From Nitrospirales bacterium (GTDB lineage Bacteria > Nitrospirota > Nitrospiria > Nitrospirales > UBA8639), in assembly GCA_963422365.1 (NCBI GenBank), contig OY729426.1, forward strand, positions 2,304,001 to 2,368,000: a stretch of DNA of 64,000 nucleotides, given 5' to 3'. Within the stretch, counting starts at the first letter, position 1. Each line of letters begins with the position of its first letter. The notes under the pieces are model-generated. The model was not told the DNA's origin, ran no database searches, and was given only the letters and a program-made list of their open reading frames with translations. Position numbers and translations under genes: made by a program. Below are positions 10,390 through 19,851 of the stretch, piece after piece.

Positions 10390-10662
10390 ATGTCGGAGAT
10401 TCAATGTCGAAAGTGTGAACAGCCAGCAGAAAAGATGACCGAACCTCTTTTTCTGGGAAAACTTGAGGAAGAAGTCAAGAATAAGGTTTGCCAAAACTGT
10501 TGGACCGAATGGAATAAACCAGGAGGGGTCAAAACAATGGTCATCAATGAATATCACCTGAACCTTGGTGACGAAAATGGCCGTGCCACCCTCAGGAAAC
10601 AAATGCGCGCATTTTTTAACCTGCCTGATGCCGAGGTAGCATTTAAGGACTATAGAACCTAA
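10390..10662 (+). CDS. Fe(II)-trafficking / Fe-S cluster protector protein (YggX-like)
   Basis: CRKC...VCQNCWTEW...TMVINEYHLNL...LRKQMRAFF. RBS GGAGG. Confidence 0.85.
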   Translation: MSEIQCRKCEQPAEKMTEPLFLGKLEEEVKNKVCQNCWTEWNKPGGVKTMVINEYHLNLGDENGRATLRKQMRAFFNLPDAEVAFKDYRT

Positions 10663-10674
10663 GACGGATTGGCA

Positions 10675-11235
10675 ATGGATATCTCACTTGGTAAAGGCAT
10701 CTTCCTGGCTGCAAGCCCTAGCCTCCGCGACCCCAATTTTCGGCAGACCGTCATCCTGTTGTGCGAACATGGCCCTGAAGGAGCGCTTGGGATCGTCGTC
10801 AATCGACCGACTGAGATCAATATCACTGAAGTGCTCCCACAAGTCCCCATCCTGGAAGGGCAACACCACAGGGTCTTTTCCGGAGGGCCAGTCCAACAGA
10901 ATAACCTCTTGATCTTATATCGTACGCCTGAAGGTCCGGAAGATTCCCACCACGTCTGTCATGGCATCTATCTAGGTGGCAACATGAAAGCCCTGGAAGG
11001 GCTTTTACAAAATCCTTCTTCCTTGGGAAATTTTCGTGCCTTCATGGGGTATTCAGGCTGGGCTCCTGGCCAACTCGAAAATGAAATGCAAACAGGGTCG
11101 TGGCTTACGGTGCCAGCCGACTCCACCGCGATGTTTGAGAGGGACCACAGTCGATTATGGGGAAATATTCTTCGATCTATGGGAAAAAATATGGCCTTGT
11201 ATGCAGATATGCCCATTGATCCGAGTATGAATTAA
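10675..11235 (+). CDS. YqgE/AlgH family protein
   Basis: LRDPNFRQTVILLCEHGPEGALGIVVNRP, GGPV, GYSGWAPGQLENE, terminal PSMN. Confidence 0.93.
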   Translation: MDISLGKGIFLAASPSLRDPNFRQTVILLCEHGPEGALGIVVNRPTEINITEVLPQVPILEGQHHRVFSGGPVQQNNLLILYRTPEGPEDSHHVCHGIYLGGNMKALEGLLQNPSSLGNFRAFMGYSGWAPGQLENEMQTGSWLTVPADSTAMFERDHSRLWGNILRSMGKNMALYADMPIDPSMN

Positions 11236-11278
11236 TCCTCCATCTCCTCATTTTCCTCATTTCTTAAGCAGCGGTCGC

Positions 11279-11314
11279 AAAAACCGTCAGGTTACAAAAA
11301 ACCGTCAGGTTACA
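11279..11314. repeat. Perfect 18-bp tandem direct repeat AAAAACCGTCAGGTTACA x2
   Basis: Read directly at 11279-11296 and 11297-11314, at the left edge of the high-GC insert. Confidence 0.95.
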
Positions 11315-11703
11315 GGATGGACGATCAGGGAAACTTGCTCCAGGGTCCATTCAGCAACAAGAAGACCACCTCGTTCTCCTCACCTCACCCCGTCAGACAA
11401 TCACCTCGTCGAGACGGCAGAGCGGGTCGGCGTGTTCCTTGCCGTAGCGATGGCGGGCAATAGACCTGTATCAGGTCCACAAATATTTGACGCCTCTTAT
11501 GAGTCGTCATCAATGCATGTCGTAACCTGAATGAATCACAAAGCATAAGCATAGAGGTATAGCGAGCATGAGTTGGGCATCCGGTGAAGTAGTTGGCATA
11601 CTCATATTTCTTCTGCCAAGAGTTGTGACAGCGTCCATCTTCTCTTGGCTTACATCGCATCCTAAACCCAGCGTGTTCGACCGTGTAATTCAGGCCCTTA
11701 TAT

Positions 11704-11997
11704 TTACAGGAATTGGGCGAGCGATGCGGATGGATTGAAGGAACTTCTCATGAGCATCAGCACCATAGTCCAGACGAAGGCCATTTCAGAATCGCAGAGG
11801 GCGAACGGTTGGGAGAGGACTTTGCGGATACCCGCAAAGGGAGTTTCTGCGATTCTGATACCTGCAGGCGAAGTCGAAATGGTAGAGTGTTTGAACAATA
11901 AACCTACTGAAGAGACTAAGGAGTAAATCACGGCCAAGGAACCGACACCGCCGCCGAAGAACGTAAGCATGAATATAAGAATGAAGAGGGAAGGCAT
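11704..11997 (-). CDS. Small hypothetical membrane protein (possibly a fragment)
   Basis: 97-aa ORF with a GAGG RBS and a hydrophobic N-terminus; no recognised family. Confidence 0.35.
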   Translation of the reverse strand: MPSLFILIFMLTFFGGGVGSLAVIYSLVSSVGLLFKHSTISTSPAGIRIAETPFAGIRKVLSQPFALCDSEMAFVWTMVLMLMRSSFNPSASLAQFL

Positions 11998-12047
11998 GTC
12001 GCCTCAACCCACGACAGCCGTCAAGCCGCCGCCAGCCCCGCCGCCGC

Positions 12048-12290
12048 CCAGGAAACAGGGTTAGCGTTGAAGTGGATATCTAAGGGCATCGCGCCGAGTT
12101 CAGGCACGGCGTCGCCAAGGGTTTCGCGTTCCTCCCGCGAGAAAGCCCGTCCACATTTCGGCCAGCAATATAGCGGAGGCACGGTCATGGCGGCGCTCTC
12201 CGGGCACAAGGGCATTTCGGTGGTGCCCGCCGCCTTCCCGATCCGAAGACCGGACCGCGCAGAGAGAGCCTTGCATTCTCGAAGGCGGCG
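12048..12290 (-). pseudogene. Relic fragment homologous to the C-terminal region of the R-M enzyme at 13712-17104
   Basis: GTTEMPLCPESAAMTVP aligns with GVTTGTLRPDIAAIAVP, and RAFSREERETLGDAVPELGAMPLDIHFN aligns with RAFTPEERAVLADALPTFGETTFDVYLN. DNA 12125-12152 matches 13993-14020 at 24/28 positions. Confidence 0.8.
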
Positions 12291-12338
12291 GAAAACACAG
12301 CGCAATGTGCGACTCCCGTTCCGGTTTCAGTAGCGCGT

Positions 12339-13715
12339 CTAGCCGTTGTCCTTGGGAGGCCAGCCACGCCAGACCAGCTGCTCGCTGGTCTCCGCGTCAA
12401 GGACAACGCCATCCAGTCTGGGGGGGGCATTGGGGTCGGCGCAGGCTTTGTCGAGTTGAGATTGGGTCAGGCCAGTTGCCAGATTTCCATTTTTACCGGA
12501 GAATTATATGCTTGCAAAACAGTTTCACGTTGTTCAGGTTTGTGTTCTCGAGATTCGCGCCAGTCAAGTTCGCGCCGTCCAAGTCGGCACCAGTCAGATC
12601 CGCACCCCGCAGATCGGTGCCAGTCAGGTTCTCACTCTGTAAGTCCACATATCCAGTCACAGCCGTTCTGATCAAGCTCGCACATTGAAACCGCATCGTT
12701 ATCCAGTTTCACGCCGGTCAGCGGCGCACCGCTCAGGATCGTGCCGGCCAAGGCAGCACCCCTGAGATCCGCGTTCGTCGGGATTTTGCCAAAGAGACCC
12801 GTACCTTTGTTCAGACTGGTTGAACAGAGATCCGAGTCATGCAGGTTCGCGCCTTGCATAGCGGCGCCAGTCAGTATCCCGAAACCAAGAGCCACGCCAG
12901 TCAGATCTACCTTGACCAGAACTGCTTTGGTCAGGTTCGCCTTGACTATTTTTGCGTCGGTCAGGATCGCGCCCTGGAGAATCGCGCCGGTCAGGTCCAC
13001 TTCGTTGAGAGACGCACGATTCAGCTTCGCACCTATCAGAAACGCACCGGCAAGATTCACAGCTTCAAGAGATGCTCTGCTCAGTTCCAGATGGAAGCTT
13101 TCTTTCTTTTCAAGCGCAATTCCGGTCTCACTGCGGAATCCAATCGCCTCCATGACGGCCTGAACGTCCTCGCGGATTTTTAGCTTGGAGGCGGCGCCTG
13201 CCATGAGTTGCGCATCCGGCCGTGCGGTTTCCACCGCGTTGCCGTCTCCGGTTTCGGGCGGACGGCGCGCGAACGCGCAGAACAATTGCATGATCGGGAT
13301 ATGATATTGCTTGGGATGTTCTATGGCCAAGCATTGCAGCGAGTAGATCCTGCCCAGGCGAACTGTCAGAACTCGGCTGCCTCGCATCTCCGCGCCCTTC
13401 TGATAGCGCTCGTTCGGCTACAATTCTGTTGTGCAGTATCGGCTTGTCGTTGGGCCAGATCACGAGCGGTAGCGCTAGAACGGCTGCGATCACCAAACCG
13501 ATATTACGCAGCGTCGTACTGTTGGATTCGGTGTTGTTCCCCTCTTGCAGCCAGTCCCAGATTGTTTGCCAATACCAAGGGGAAAATACATATAGGACAA
13601 CGCAGCCCAAAAGAACTACTAAAACACTCGCCCATAGACGAAGCCGTTCGGCTCGGTCTTTGGCGATCCTGAAAAGGCGATGCCTCTAACGGCGTATCCT
13701 GTCGAAAAGACTCAT
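12339..13715 (-). pseudogene. Membrane-anchored pentapeptide-repeat protein, multiply disrupted
   Basis: ATG 13715 overlaps the R-M stop (ATGA). In-frame TAG at 13686-13688 and frameshifts near 13455, 13420, 12690 and 12490. Fragments: TM segments with ESNSTTLRNIGL, NERYQKGAEM, A(D/N)LxG repeats, and C-terminal GLTQSQLDKACADP...LVWRG ending at TAG 12339. Confidence 0.85.
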
Positions 13716-16700
13716 CGGACAATTCTCGGGCTCATCGGACGGTTCCGATCTGCCACGGTCAGTATCGCACCAATCCTTCTCGCCGTATCGGTGAAATGCT
13801 GCACTTCTTCCGGCTTGAGTGACCGCCCAAGAATGCCGTGTTCGCGGTAGGAGAGCCATTTCTTGAGGACCTGGTAGCCGCCGAGTTTGTAGCGCCAGAC
13901 GGCCGCGGGGATATTGCGCCAGTAGGCATTGCCGTTGAGATACACGTCGAATGTAGTTTCACCGAAAGTAGGCAGCGCGTCGGCCAGGACAGCGCGTTCC
14001 TCCGGCGTGAAAGCGCGTTCGACGGCGCGTCCCTGGCCCGGCATCACGGCGGCGCCCACGCCGGAATGCCCCCAGCCGGCGGTGACCGCAAAATCGCTGC
14101 CTGCCATGTTGCGTCCGCCGACGGTGGCAGGGACGGCGATGGCGGCGATGTCCGGGCGCAAGGTCCCGGTCGTGACGCCGGGGACCGGCGTCTCGGGGTC
14201 GAGCAGGGCGGCGAGTTCGCGGCCCCTCGCCGCCGACCGGGCGAGCGTTTCCGCCACGCCTTCGGCCGCGCCGTCCGGCCAGCCGGGGAGCGGGATGCGC
14301 GGCCACTCCATGCGCAGCGCTCCGGCGTTGGCCTCCCGCCAGGAGGGATCGTGCAGGGTGGCGAGGACGTGGTGGAACAGGTCCTCCGCGCTCAGCCCGA
14401 GGCGGTCGAGCCAGTGTTGCGCTGCGCCCGACAGGTTGGGGCGGCGCGCGCTGTTGCCACCATTTCCGAAACCATCGTCCCGAAGCCATGCGGGAATGCA
14501 TGTTGCACCGCGATCCATCAGATCGAGACAACCGATATGCGAGATGACCTGCGGCGGCGACCAATCGCGACGAGGCTTCTGCTGCGTGACCAACCACAGA
14601 TTTCCCTCGAATACATGCGGCTTGTAGTCAGGTACCGGGCGACCAAGCAAACCATGCCCCGCGTCCCAGTAGAGCCAGCGACTATCGAATGGTCGGTAGG
14701 CATGGCGAACGAAGCCGGCATCAATCGGGCCGCCGCGTGCAAGAAGCGTGTCCCGCACAGCGCGAGCATCGCGCACCACGAAGCCCGACGAACTTTTCAT
14801 TGCGGACGGGCAGCGCCGGGCGATCTCGTCGTGACTCAGGCTTGCGTCGAAGTAGTCCGCGATGCGTGACCTGAGCCGGTCGAGATCGATATCGACAAGA
14901 AATGCATCGCGCTTGGTCTGTACCCCCGGAAACGACACCGGGAACAGGTCGGGCAGCGAAGGCCAGCCGAAACAGTCCTCGCTTACGGCCATTGGCTTGA
15001 ACGGCAGGCCGAGTCGAAGATCGGACCCGAATGCCGAATAGCCCGCGTCAACGTCGGGGGCATCGAGGCTGTCCAGCAACGCCTGCCGTCGTTCGTCGGC
15101 CCTCGCCTGATCGAAGTCGCGATAAAGTACACGCCTGCTCGAATTTGAATCGGCGTCGTCGCCGGACCTGGAAAGCAGAACAATGCTCGTACCGACCTTG
15201 ATTCCCGGCGACTGTCCTTGCAGGGTGAACACAGTTTCGCTGGTCCGCCCGTCCGGCGCGTATTCCGAAATGATGCGGTCGCCATGCAAGTTGTCGATGC
15301 GGATGGCGTCGAACGCGTCGAGAAAGCGTTCCCGCATCCCGGTGAAGGACAGCCCGTCGAGCCACGAATAGTTGGAGATGAAGCAGACCACGCCGCGCCC
15401 CGTCTTCTCGGCGATGCGCCGCTCCGCCATACGGAAGAAACGCACGTAGAGGTCGTTCAGCCCCTGGCCCTCGGGCCGGCGCACCCGCTTCGTCGTCCGG
15501 TAGGCTTCCGACAGTTCCCGCTCCTCGTCCACCGCCATGCCGGCGAAGCCGTTATAGGGCGGGTTGCCGAGGATCACGAGGATCGGCCTCTCCTGCTTCA
15601 CCCGCTCCGCCCGGTCGCGCTCCTCTTCCAGTTCGGGAAACGGCAGCGGCTTCTGCACCTTCGGTTCCCAGCCGGTCAGCGCGTTGGTGAGGAAGACGCC
15701 AGGGCGTTCTTCGCCGTTGTCGGCAAACGGCGCGCCGAGTTCCTGCATGGTCAACCCGACCTGTAAGTGGGCGACGACGAAGGGCGCAGGCATGATCTCA
15801 AAGCCGAACACGCGCTCGGTCGCCGCCTGCTTCACCCGTGCGCCGGCGAGTGCACCGAGGCCCCGCCCTTCGAGATTGGCCGCGATACGACGCAGCACTT
15901 CGGCCAGATACGCACCGGTGCCGCAGCACGGATCGAGTACGTAGACGTTCTCCGCCGCGAGTCCGTCCGCGATGCCGAGGTCGTCCTTCAGCGCCCGGTC
16001 CACGCGGGCGACCATGTAGCGCACGACTTCCGTCGGCGTGTACCAGACGCCAAGCTGCTTGCGCAGTTCCGGATCGAAGGCCTCCAGGAACGGCTCGTAG
16101 AAATACGGCACCGCCTCGCCCTGGTCGAGCCGGCTGAAGAACGCAGCGTGGTCCACCCGTTCAAGCGCGGCGGCGGTCCAGTCCAGCACTTCGACCAGGC
16201 CCAGCGGCTGCAGACGGCCGGGGTCGGATAGCTGCTGGAACAGCGCCCGCAGCACCGGCGCGCGCAGATGCCAGACCGCCTCGCGCCAGTTGAACCCGCC
16301 GGCTGGCGACGGGCGCTGCAGCGCCCACAGCACCCAAGCGGAAAACACACCGTAGAACAGCGTCTGCACCAGCGTCGAGCGGAAGAAGCGCGCGCCCTTC
16401 TCGCCTTCGAAACGTACGCCGAGCGCCTCTTCCAGAGCAGCGTGAACCATCGCAAGCGCCGGCGCCTCGCCCGCTGCCGCGACGCGTGCGAGACCGTCGC
16501 GGGCGTAGGAGGCGAGCAGCCAGGCCAGGTCCTTCGGCTCGGCCAGCGCCGCGCGGTGCGACAGCGCGCGGGCGAGATACTCGCCCAGACCCGCGCCGCA
16601 CTCGCGGGCGAAGGCGCGCGGCTTTGCCAACCGGCGGGTGAACGCTTCGGCGTTGTCAGCCAGCCGGAACGTCTCCAGTTTCGTCGGGCGGCCCGCCTCG

Positions 16701-17104
16701 TCTTCGCCCACCAGAACGAAGTCGCGCGTGTTCGTCACCAGCACCAGCCGGTAGCGGCCCCGATAGCGGCTCACCTGATCGCCCGCCGCCGTGAGCCAGG
16801 CATCGTCGTCCGCCGCCTTCACCTCGACCACGCCGCGCTCCGGCGTCTGGCCCTCGCGCGGGCGGCCTCGCTGCACCTGCCCTGCGGCATAAAGGCCGAA
16901 ATCGGGATGTCCCGTACCCTGGTCGGCAAGCTCGCCGACGCAGAACACTCTCGGCTTGAGCACCGCGCCTACGGCGTTCAACAGGTTGGACAACGCCGGA
17001 TAGCTCGACCGCTCATCAGTAGCGCCGCCCGACGCCCGAACCCGCCGCAATTCGGCACAATAAGTCTCTACCGCCGCCGTCAGTTTCGTGTTCGTTTCCG
17101 TCAT
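13712..17104 (-). CDS. Single-chain restriction-modification enzyme (Type IIG/IIL-like): PD-(D/E)xK nuclease, N6-adenine MTase and Type ISP-like C-terminal specificity domain
   Basis: N-terminal HPDFGLY...VVEVKA; GVWYTPTEVV; motif I VLDPCCGTG; motif IV ILGNPPY; C-terminal WRYKLGGYQVLKKWLSYRE. No helicase motifs. Start set at MTETN (ATG 17104), 1130 aa. Confidence 0.88.
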   Translation of the reverse strand: MTETNTKLTAAVETYCAELRRVRASGGATDERSSYPALSNLLNAVGAVLKPRVFCVGELADQGTGHPDFGLYAAGQVQRGRPREGQTPERGVVEVKAADDDAWLTAAGDQVSRYRGRYRLVLVTNTRDFVLVGEDEAGRPTKLETFRLADNAEAFTRRLAKPRAFARECGAGLGEYLARALSHRAALAEPKDLAWLLASYARDGLARVAAAGEAPALAMVHAALEEALGVRFEGEKGARFFRSTLVQTLFYGVFSAWVLWALQRPSPAGGFNWREAVWHLRAPVLRALFQQLSDPGRLQPLGLVEVLDWTAAALERVDHAAFFSRLDQGEAVPYFYEPFLEAFDPELRKQLGVWYTPTEVVRYMVARVDRALKDDLGIADGLAAENVYVLDPCCGTGAYLAEVLRRIAANLEGRGLGALAGARVKQAATERVFGFEIMPAPFVVAHLQVGLTMQELGAPFADNGEERPGVFLTNALTGWEPKVQKPLPFPELEEERDRAERVKQERPILVILGNPPYNGFAGMAVDEERELSEAYRTTKRVRRPEGQGLNDLYVRFFRMAERRIAEKTGRGVVCFISNYSWLDGLSFTGMRERFLDAFDAIRIDNLHGDRIISEYAPDGRTSETVFTLQGQSPGIKVGTSIVLLSRSGDDADSNSSRRVLYRDFDQARADERRQALLDSLDAPDVDAGYSAFGSDLRLGLPFKPMAVSEDCFGWPSLPDLFPVSFPGVQTKRDAFLVDIDLDRLRSRIADYFDASLSHDEIARRCPSAMKSSSGFVVRDARAVRDTLLARGGPIDAGFVRHAYRPFDSRWLYWDAGHGLLGRPVPDYKPHVFEGNLWLVTQQKPRRDWSPPQVISHIGCLDLMDRGATCIPAWLRDDGFGNGGNSARRPNLSGAAQHWLDRLGLSAEDLFHHVLATLHDPSWREANAGALRMEWPRIPLPGWPDGAAEGVAETLARSAARGRELAALLDPETPVPGVTTGTLRPDIAAIAVPATVGGRNMAGSDFAVTAGWGHSGVGAAVMPGQGRAVERAFTPEERAVLADALPTFGETTFDVYLNGNAYWRNIPAAVWRYKLGGYQVLKKWLSYREHGILGRSLKPEEVQHFTDTARRIGAILTVADRNRPMSPRIVR

Positions 17105-17238
17105 TCTCTCTGTTATCCTCAAATACAAATCGACATGGAAGCCCAGAGGCTGTCTGAAGCCAATCATGGCATGGGTCGCCACCGGTGATCGCCAAACAGG
17201 TGCGTATTCCGGCACAGGGAACGAAGCCGGGCCCACTG

Positions 17239-17256
17239 AAGATGGGTACCCATCTT
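17239..17256. promoter_or_regulatory. Perfect 18-bp palindrome AAGATGGGTACCCATCTT (putative operator)
   Basis: Read directly. Lies between the divergent R-M gene and pepM; function is inferred. Confidence 0.5.
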
Positions 17257-17327
17257 AACAATGTCTGGCCAATTCTGTTACTCTACATATCTGGTCTCTC
17301 CAACATTTGCAAAATTGTTGAACCCGT

Positions 17328-18962
17328 ATGAGCCACACGGTAACCGCCTCGAAAACTCGTCAATTCAAGACCATCCTGCAATCTGAGCAATTGGAGTTTC
17401 TCTGCGAAGCCCACAATGGCCTCAGCGCCAAAATCGTCGAAGAGGCCGGGTTCAAAGGCATCTGGGCCAGCGGGCTCACCCTCTCCGCTCAATTTGGCGT
17501 GAGAGATAATAATGAAGCGAGCTGGACTCAAATCCTCGACCACCTGGAATTCATGTCCGACGCGACACGGATTCCCATCTTGCTGGATGGCGATACCGGG
17601 TACGGAAATTTCAATAATATGCAGCGGTTGATTCGTAAACTTGAACAACGCCGGATCGCGGCCGTCTGCATCGAAGATAAGCTTTTCCCCAAGACCAATA
17701 GTTTTTTGAAGGGCGAAACCCAACCCATGGCCGACATCGACGAATTCTGCGGGAAAATCAAAGCCGGCAAGGATGCCCAGACTGATGATGATTTTTGCAT
17801 CATTGCCAGAATCGAAGCCTTTATTTGTGGCTGGGGGTTACCCGATGCATTGCGACGGGCTGAGGCCTACCATCAGGCCGGTGCCAATGGCATCCTCATT
17901 CATAGTGCTCTGGCAGTCCCCGACGAAATCCTTGCCTTCAAGCAGGAGTGGGGAGATCGATGCCCAGTGGTGATTGTGCCCACCAAGTATTACGCCACGC
18001 GTACCGATGTCTTTCGACAGTATGGATTTTCTCTGGTTATTTGGGCCAATCATCTCCTTCGTGCGGCTGTGACCACTATGCAGAAAACGGCACAGACCTT
18101 GAAAGAACAAGAAACCTTGCTCCCGATTGAAGATAAAATTGCACCGGTTGCTGAAATCTTCCGACTGCAAGATGCCGCTGAACTTCAAGAAGCTGAAAAA
18201 CGCTACCTTCCACACGGCGGTGACAGTCTGGCCGTTATTGTCTTGGCCGCGTCCCGTGGGAACGAACTCGGCGAATTAACGGAAGACAAGCCCAAAACCA
18301 TGGTTCCGACTCAAGGCATGCCGATCCTGTCGCATATTGTGGATGCGTACAATACCGTTGGCATCAAAAACATTACCGTCGTCCGCGGCTATAAAAAGGA
18401 GGCGGTTTCACTGCCCAATCTGACCTATGTTGATAATGAGGGTTTTGCGGAGACCGGGGAGCTCGTCTCTCTCCTTAAAGCGCTGGAATCAAAAAACGGG
18501 GAATTTCAAGACACCATCATTTCGTATGGTGACGTGCTCTTTCACACGTCCATTCCTCAGAGCCTTTTTCAAGAACCCGATGATTGGGTGATTTCCGTCG
18601 ACAGTGTGTGGGAAGGGAAAACCTCCTATACCCGACTCGGAGGGTTTGCGGAATGTACGGTGCCCAATTCACGGAAAGCCTTTAATGCCAAAATCTACCT
18701 CAAACAATTGGGGCGAGATGTTCCACAACAATCCATTCACGGCGTCTGGATGGGATTTCTGAAGGTGTCAGCCAACGCAGCCGCACAATTACACGGCATT
18801 CTTGAGGAAATGCTCGCCGATCCCACCAACACAAAAGCGGGCATGTCTCAATTGTTTCAGGAATTGCTCAAACGACAGGTCTCAATACGTGTGCTCTACA
18901 CGGTTGGTCACTGGCTAGACATCAATAGTCTCGATGATCTGGTTCAGGCCGGACAATTTTAA
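17328..18962 (+). CDS. pepM: Phosphoenolpyruvate mutase fused to a C-terminal nucleotidyltransferase (LicC/cytidylyltransferase-like)
   Basis: [25 protein letters not shown], diagnostic [18 protein letters not shown]-terminal [36 protein letters not shown]. Confidence 0.95.
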   Translation: MSHTVTASKTRQFKTILQSEQLEFLCEAHNGLSAKIVEEAGFKGIWASGLTLSAQFGVRDNNEASWTQILDHLEFMSDATRIPILLDGDTGYGNFNNMQRLIRKLEQRRIAAVCIEDKLFPKTNSFLKGETQPMADIDEFCGKIKAGKDAQTDDDFCIIARIEAFICGWGLPDALRRAEAYHQAGANGILIHSALAVPDEILAFKQEWGDRCPVVIVPTKYYATRTDVFRQYGFSLVIWANHLLRAAVTTMQKTAQTLKEQETLLPIEDKIAPVAEIFRLQDAAELQEAEKRYLPHGGDSLAVIVLAASRGNELGELTEDKPKTMVPTQGMPILSHIVDAYNTVGIKNITVVRGYKKEAVSLPNLTYVDNEGFAETGELVSLLKALESKNGEFQDTIISYGDVLFHTSIPQSLFQEPDDWVISVDSVWEGKTSYTRLGGFAECTVPNSRKAFNAKIYLKQLGRDVPQQSIHGVWMGFLKVSANAAAQLHGILEEMLADPTNTKAGMSQLFQELLKRQVSIRVLYTVGHWLDINSLDDLVQAGQF

Positions 18963-18985
18963 TTTCCCAATTTTCTGGAGAAATC

Positions 18986-19840
18986 ATGCAAATCATGACC
19001 GCACACAACGGCGTGCCTATCCCTCACTTCATGTACGGCACGGCGTGGAAGAAGGAGGACACGAGCCGGTACGTCCAATTAGCTGTTCAGGCCGGCTTTC
19101 GGGCCATCGATACCGCGAATCAAATGATTCATTATCACGAAGCCCTGGTTGGAGAAGCCTTGCTCGCCCTGGCGGAACAGGGGATCACTCGGGATCACCT
19201 GTTTCTCCAAACCAAATTTACACCGGTCTCAGGCCAAGACCATCGAACGCCGTACGATCCCATGGCCTCCATCACCAAACAAGTCGAACAATCATTTGAA
19301 AGCTCGATCGAACATCTGCAGACCGATTATCTAGATTCCTATATCTTGCACGGGCCCCATTCGAGATGGGGATTGGAAAAAGAAGATTGGGAGGTCTGGG
19401 CAGCACTCGAAGGTCTCTATCAGGCAGGTCGAACCAAAATGATCGGGATCAGCAACGTCCAAGCCGTTCAACTGCAACGCCTCTGCGAACAAGCCAATAT
19501 GAAACCCATGGTGGTCCAGAACCGCTGCTATGCCGTATGGGGATGGGACAAAGAAGTCAGAGAGCTCTGTCAGGCCTACAACATCAGGTACCAGGGATTT
19601 TCACTGCTCACCGCAAATCGCGATGCCTTACGAGCCCCGGAGGTCGACATAATCGCCAAACGGTTCCAGACGGGGCCCGCCCAAATCATCTTTCGGTTTG
19701 CCCAGCAAGTCGGCATGATCCCCTTAACCGGCACCACCAACCCGCAACGCATGAAAGATGATTTAGCTAGCGACCAGTTCGAACTCACTCCAGAGGACAT
19801 CACACAAATCGAAGAAGTCGGCTGTGAGCACCGACCGTAG
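18986..19840 (+). CDS. Aldo/keto reductase
   Basis: YGTAWK, GFRAIDTA..Y, LFLQTKF, YLDSYILHGP, IGISN, VQNRCY. Confidence 0.92.
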   Translation: MQIMTAHNGVPIPHFMYGTAWKKEDTSRYVQLAVQAGFRAIDTANQMIHYHEALVGEALLALAEQGITRDHLFLQTKFTPVSGQDHRTPYDPMASITKQVEQSFESSIEHLQTDYLDSYILHGPHSRWGLEKEDWEVWAALEGLYQAGRTKMIGISNVQAVQLQRLCEQANMKPMVVQNRCYAVWGWDKEVRELCQAYNIRYQGFSLLTANRDALRAPEVDIIAKRFQTGPAQIIFRFAQQVGMIPLTGTTNPQRMKDDLASDQFELTPEDITQIEEVGCEHRP

Positions 19841-19851
19841 AGAAGAGACCT

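Larger units (their letters stand above)
11315..17240. mobile_element. Horizontally acquired defence islet (high GC); boundaries approximate
   Basis: Visibly GC-rich relative to the flanks, especially 12000-12450 and 13900-17060. Contains an R-M gene, a pseudogene and relic fragments. No integrase or transposase seen. Confidence 0.6.

Noticed and set aside
13684..13690. GTTAGAG on the minus strand as an integron core site ahead of the pentapeptide gene
   Set aside because: No matching R'' or L arms upstream. The TAG is simply the premature stop at codon 10 of the coupled gene.
13838..17188. Long plus-strand ORFs (343, 232, 306 aa and others) opposite the R-M gene
   Set aside because: Shadow ORFs typical of high-GC antisense frames; no recognisable motifs.
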